A DNA stretch of 64,000 bases from the sequence record NC_020851.1. One strand, written 5' to 3'. This document shows positions 60,493 to 64,000 of this stretch, in pieces. Each line of letters starts with the position of its first letter. Position 1 is the first letter of the stretch. The notes under the pieces were generated by a model. That model worked only from the letters and a program-made list of their open reading frames with translations, ran no database searches and had not been told where the DNA came from. A program made the translations under genes and the position numbers.

Positions 60493-62338
60493 TTAGTTTG
60501 AGACTGCTGCTAAAGCAGATCTTCCTTCAGGTAAAGTAGCAGTTACTGGTGATGTAGTCTCATTAGAGAAATCAATACGGTCTATTGTGTCAGGATTAGT
60601 TTGACCACCACCAAGGTAACCATAAGAACTACTTGAGGTTGATCCAAAAAAGCTTTTGTTTGAGGTAGATTATTACCTGGTGCTGATACAGTCTCATTAG
60701 AGAAATCAATACGGTCTATTGTGTCAACCTGAGTTGGAGTACTACCACCAGCAAAGTAACCATAAGAACTACTTGAGACTGCACCTAAACCATTTCTTCC
60801 TTGAGATAAAGTAGCAGTTACTGGTGATGTAGTCTCATTAGAGAAGTCAATACGGTCTATTGTGTCCTTATAAAATGACGGAGTGAAAGGTGGAGCAAAA
60901 CCACCACCAAAGTAACCATAAGAACTACTTGAGACTGCTGCTAAACTATTTCTTCCTTGAGGTAGATTATTTCCTGGTGCCGATGTAGTCTCATTAGAAA
61001 ATCAATACGGTCTACTGTGGTAACCTGAGGTGGAGCACTACCACCACCAAAGTAACCATAAGAACTACTTGAGACTGCTGCTAAATTACTTCTTGCTTGA
61101 GGTAAAGTAGCAGTTACTGGTGATGTAGTCTCATTAGAGAAATCAATACGGTCTATTGTGTCAACCTGAGTTGGAGTACCACCACCAGCAAAGTAACCAT
61201 AAGAACTACTTGAGACTGCTGCTAAACCAGATCTTGCTTGAGGTAGATTATCACCTGGTGCTGATGTAGTCTCATTAGAGAAATCAATACGGTCTATTGT
61301 ATTAACAGTTTGACCACCACCAAAGTAACCATAAGTTCTTGAACCTTTTATTCTCTCTGATGCTCCTCCAGAGACTGCTGCTAAATCACGTCTTGCTTGA
61401 GATAAGGTATCAGTTACTGGTGATGTAGTTTCATTAGAGAAATCAATACGGTCTATTGTGTCAGCATAAGGTGGAGCAAAACCACCACCAAAGTAACCAT
61501 AAGAACTACTTGAGACTGCTGCTAAACTAGATCTTGCTTGAGATAGGTTATTACCTGGTGCTGATGTGGTCTCATTTGAGAAATCAATACGGTCTACTGT
61601 GCCAACAAAAGGTGTAGCATAACCACCACCAAAGTAACCATAAGAACTACTTGAGACTGCTGCTAAACCAAATCTTCCTTCAGGTAAAGTAGCAGTTACT
61701 GGTGATGTAGTTTCATTAGAAAAATCAATACGGTCTATTGCAAAGTCTGGTGATAATCCACCACCAAAGTAACCATAAGAACTATTTGAGACTGTTGCTA
61801 AATAATATCTTGCTTGAGGTAGATTATTTCCTGGTGCCGATGTAGTCTCATTAGAGAAATCTAAACGGTCGATTGTGTTAACAGTAGATGGACTTTCTGC
61901 TGGACTTTGACCACCACCAAAGTAACCATAAGAATTACTTGAGGTTCCTGCTAAAAAAGCTCTTACTTGAGGTAGATTATTACCTGGTGCTGATGCAGTC
62001 TCATTAGAGAAATCAATACGGTCTACTGTGTTAACATAAGATGGTGATAATCCTAGATCTCTACCACCACCAAAGTAACCATAAGAACTACTTGATACTA
62101 CTGCTAAAGCATATTTAACTAGAGATAGATTATTACCTGGTGCTGATGCAGTTTCATTCGAGAAATCAATACGGTCTACTGTGTTAACAGTAGATGGACT
62201 TTCTGCTGGATTTTGACCACCACCAAAGTAACCATAAGTAGCACTCTCTGGCCAACTTTCAAAGTTGTTATTGTCTATATTTTCTACCTGTTTCTCGTAA
62301 ATAGAAGTTAATCCAAATACGTCTCCTATGATAGCCAT
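60493..62338 (-). CDS. Kelch-like repeat protein, paralog 2 (12 repeats, about 615 aa after repairing two deletions)
   Basis: 6+6 repeats joined by GGASERIKGSR; frameshifts at about 61000 and about 60650. Confidence 0.8.
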
Positions 62339-62344
62339 AAGATT

Positions 62345-63181
62345 TTACTGTTTTAATTCTTGGTTAAATAATGATCCATTAAGTTGCTTCTTTTCTTCAT
62401 CCTCAATAGATGAAAGAATTTTTTGATCCATACCAGTAATTTCAGAAATACCGGCAGTAACATTTTCCTGTAGTTTACTTAAGAAATCAAGAGGATTAGT
62501 TGGATCACCAAATGATCCTTTAGTTCTATTCACATCATTCCCTAATACAGTAGGAGCACTTGCTCTTCTCATAGAACGAATATTACCAGCATTCACACCA
62601 GTTTTTGCAGCAAACAAATCGTCAATAGATTGATTCGAAAGTCTTCTCTCCCAATAGTCTGGTTGATCTGCATCAAACTGCTCTTTATTAACTAATTTAC
62701 CACCATTTAATTCAATCAAACGACTGATCAACTTATCAAAACATTCAAGTTCTTGAACTGATGCCTTGAAACCATGATTAAGTCCTTCAAGCATACGATG
62801 AAAATGAAACTCATCAATATCATACCAACATAATTCTTCACCACCATCACGGGTTTTCCACCAGATTGGTTGAGTCTTATCCTTTCCTTCCCACTTATAA
62901 TGAAACTCTCTTGCTTCTTTCTTTGCACTAATGATTTTAGAAAGAAGACCTTCTGCTACACTCTTACGATTGATTAAAGCAGCCTTAAATGCAGATGGAA
63001 TTGTAAAAGTATCATGAATAATAAACTTTTCAATTTGAAAATCTGAACGACCTTGTGCGAGTTCTACTTCACTTTCAGTCCAACGATTTGCTTCATTCAG
63101 AACCTTAAACATAAATTCATTCTTATCATCCAAAACTTCCGTAGAAGACGCAAGTGCAATTGCTTCATAATTGTTAGTCAT
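62345..63181 (-). CDS. Unknown helical protein associated with the propeller genes
   Basis: 278-aa ORF preceded by the late promoter TATAAATA at 63213-63220. Confidence 0.65.
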   Translation of the reverse strand: MTNNYEAIALASSTEVLDDKNEFMFKVLNEANRWTESEVELAQGRSDFQIEKFIIHDTFTIPSAFKAALINRKSVAEGLLSKIISAKKEAREFHYKWEGKDKTQPIWWKTRDGGEELCWYDIDEFHFHRMLEGLNHGFKASVQELECFDKLISRLIELNGGKLVNKEQFDADQPDYWERRLSNQSIDDLFAAKTGVNAGNIRSMRRASAPTVLGNDVNRTKGSFGDPTNPLDFLSKLQENVTAGISEITGMDQKILSSIEDEEKKQLNGSLFNQELKQ

Positions 63182-63212
63182 AAAAATTACAAAATACCAA
63201 TCTAATTTTAGT

Positions 63213-63220
63213 TATTTATA
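63213..63220 (-). promoter_or_regulatory. T4-type late promoter
   Basis: Perfect TATAAATA; ATAAATA/CTAAATA variants also precede the genes at 27516, 33707, 44397, 45161, 45202, 46397 and 57108. Confidence 0.7.
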
Positions 63221-63234
63221 TTCTTATAATGATA

Positions 63235-64000
63235 TGTTTAGTTTGAGACTGCTGCTAATTCATCTCTTGCTTGAGATAAATTATTTCCTGGTGCTGATGT
63301 AGTCTCATTTGAGAAATCTAAACGGTCGATTGTGTTGACAAAAGGTGGAGTCTCACCACCACCAAAGTAACCATAAGAACTACTTGAGACTGCTGCTAAA
63401 TTCTGTCTTGCTTGAGGTAAATTATTTCCTGGTGCTGATGTAGTCTCATTTGAGAAATCAATACGGTCGATTGTGGAGACATTAGGTGGACCACCACCAC
63501 CAAAGTAACCATAATTGGCATTAGAGACTGCTGCTAAATTCTGTCTTGCTTGAGGTAAATTATTTCCTGGTGCTGATGTAGTCTCATTTGAGAAATCAAT
63601 ACGGTCGATTGTGGAGACAAAAGGTGGAGCAAAACCACCACCAAAGTAACCATAAGAACTACTTGAGACTGCTGCTAAACTATCTCTTGCTTGAGATAAA
63701 TTATTTCCTGGTGCTGATGTAGTCTCATTAGAGAAATCAAGACGGTCGATTGTGGAGACATTAGGTGGAGCAAAACCACCACCAAAGTAACCATAAGAAC
63801 TATTTGAGACTGCTGCTAAACCTCGTCTTGCTTGAGATAAATTATTTCCTGGTGCTGATGTAGTCTCATTAGAGAAATCAAGACGGTCGATTGTGTTGAC
63901 AAAGGTGAGTCTCACCACCACCAAAGTAACCATAAGAACTACTTGAGACTGCTGCTAAATTCTGTCTTGCTTGAGGTAAATTATTTCCTGGTGCTGATGT
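63235..64000 (-). CDS. Kelch-like repeat protein, paralog 3 (5' end outside the window)
   Basis: Same repeat unit; the ORF-track start at 63933 results from a GG-to-G deletion at about 63906. Confidence 0.8.

Noticed and set aside
8535-63933. Many frameshifts (8645, about 39250, about 41390, about 43100, 45575, 45785, about 46700, 51690, 57350, 59156, 60650, 61000, 63906) that could be read as programmed frameshifting, phase variation or pseudogenes
   Set aside because: Each one I checked is a single-base deletion in a homopolymer run, including in essential genes (gp4, gp48, hub); restoring one base gives a full-length protein. This pattern is typical of long-read sequencing error.
636-63933. 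Numerous plus-strand and overlapping ORFs in the ORF track (for example 636-1001, 3065-3493, 16149-17000, 48327-48806)
   Set aside because: They lie antisense to well-supported genes and have the I/F/S-rich composition of shadow frames.
57806-64000. Diversity-generating retroelement acting on the propeller repeats
   Set aside because: No reverse transcriptase is in the window, there is no single template/variable repeat pair, and the variation includes indels and whole-loop swaps rather than adenine-specific changes.

Overview
This is a 64-kb segment of a T4-like marine cyanomyophage genome (Synechococcus/Prochlorococcus myovirus type), coded almost entirely on the minus strand. Positions 1-25.8 kb are the early/accessory region. 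It holds dozens of small acidic ORFs separated by repeated promoter and leader elements, a non-coding origin-like locus at about 6.6-7.6 kb, a type II R-M pair, a split amino-methyltransferase, CP12 and an SF2 helicase. Positions 25.9-48.2 kb are virion genes (fibre/collar proteins, gp5, hub, gp51, gp26, gp4, gp48, gp53), with a three-tRNA cluster at 34.2-34.6 kb. Positions 48.2-55.7 kb are core genes (gp32, gp59, gp33, exonuclease, phoH, thyX, nrdC) plus tandem glutamine-riboswitch-like RNAs in front of a DUF4278-like peptide. Positions 55.8-64 kb are a variable island with 2OG-Fe(II) oxygenases, a sulfotransferase and three paralogous Kelch-like double beta-propeller genes. Many genes are broken by single-base deletions in homopolymer runs. 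I treat these as long-read sequencing or assembly errors and annotate the genes as intact. All family assignments come from motifs recognised by eye; no database searches were run.
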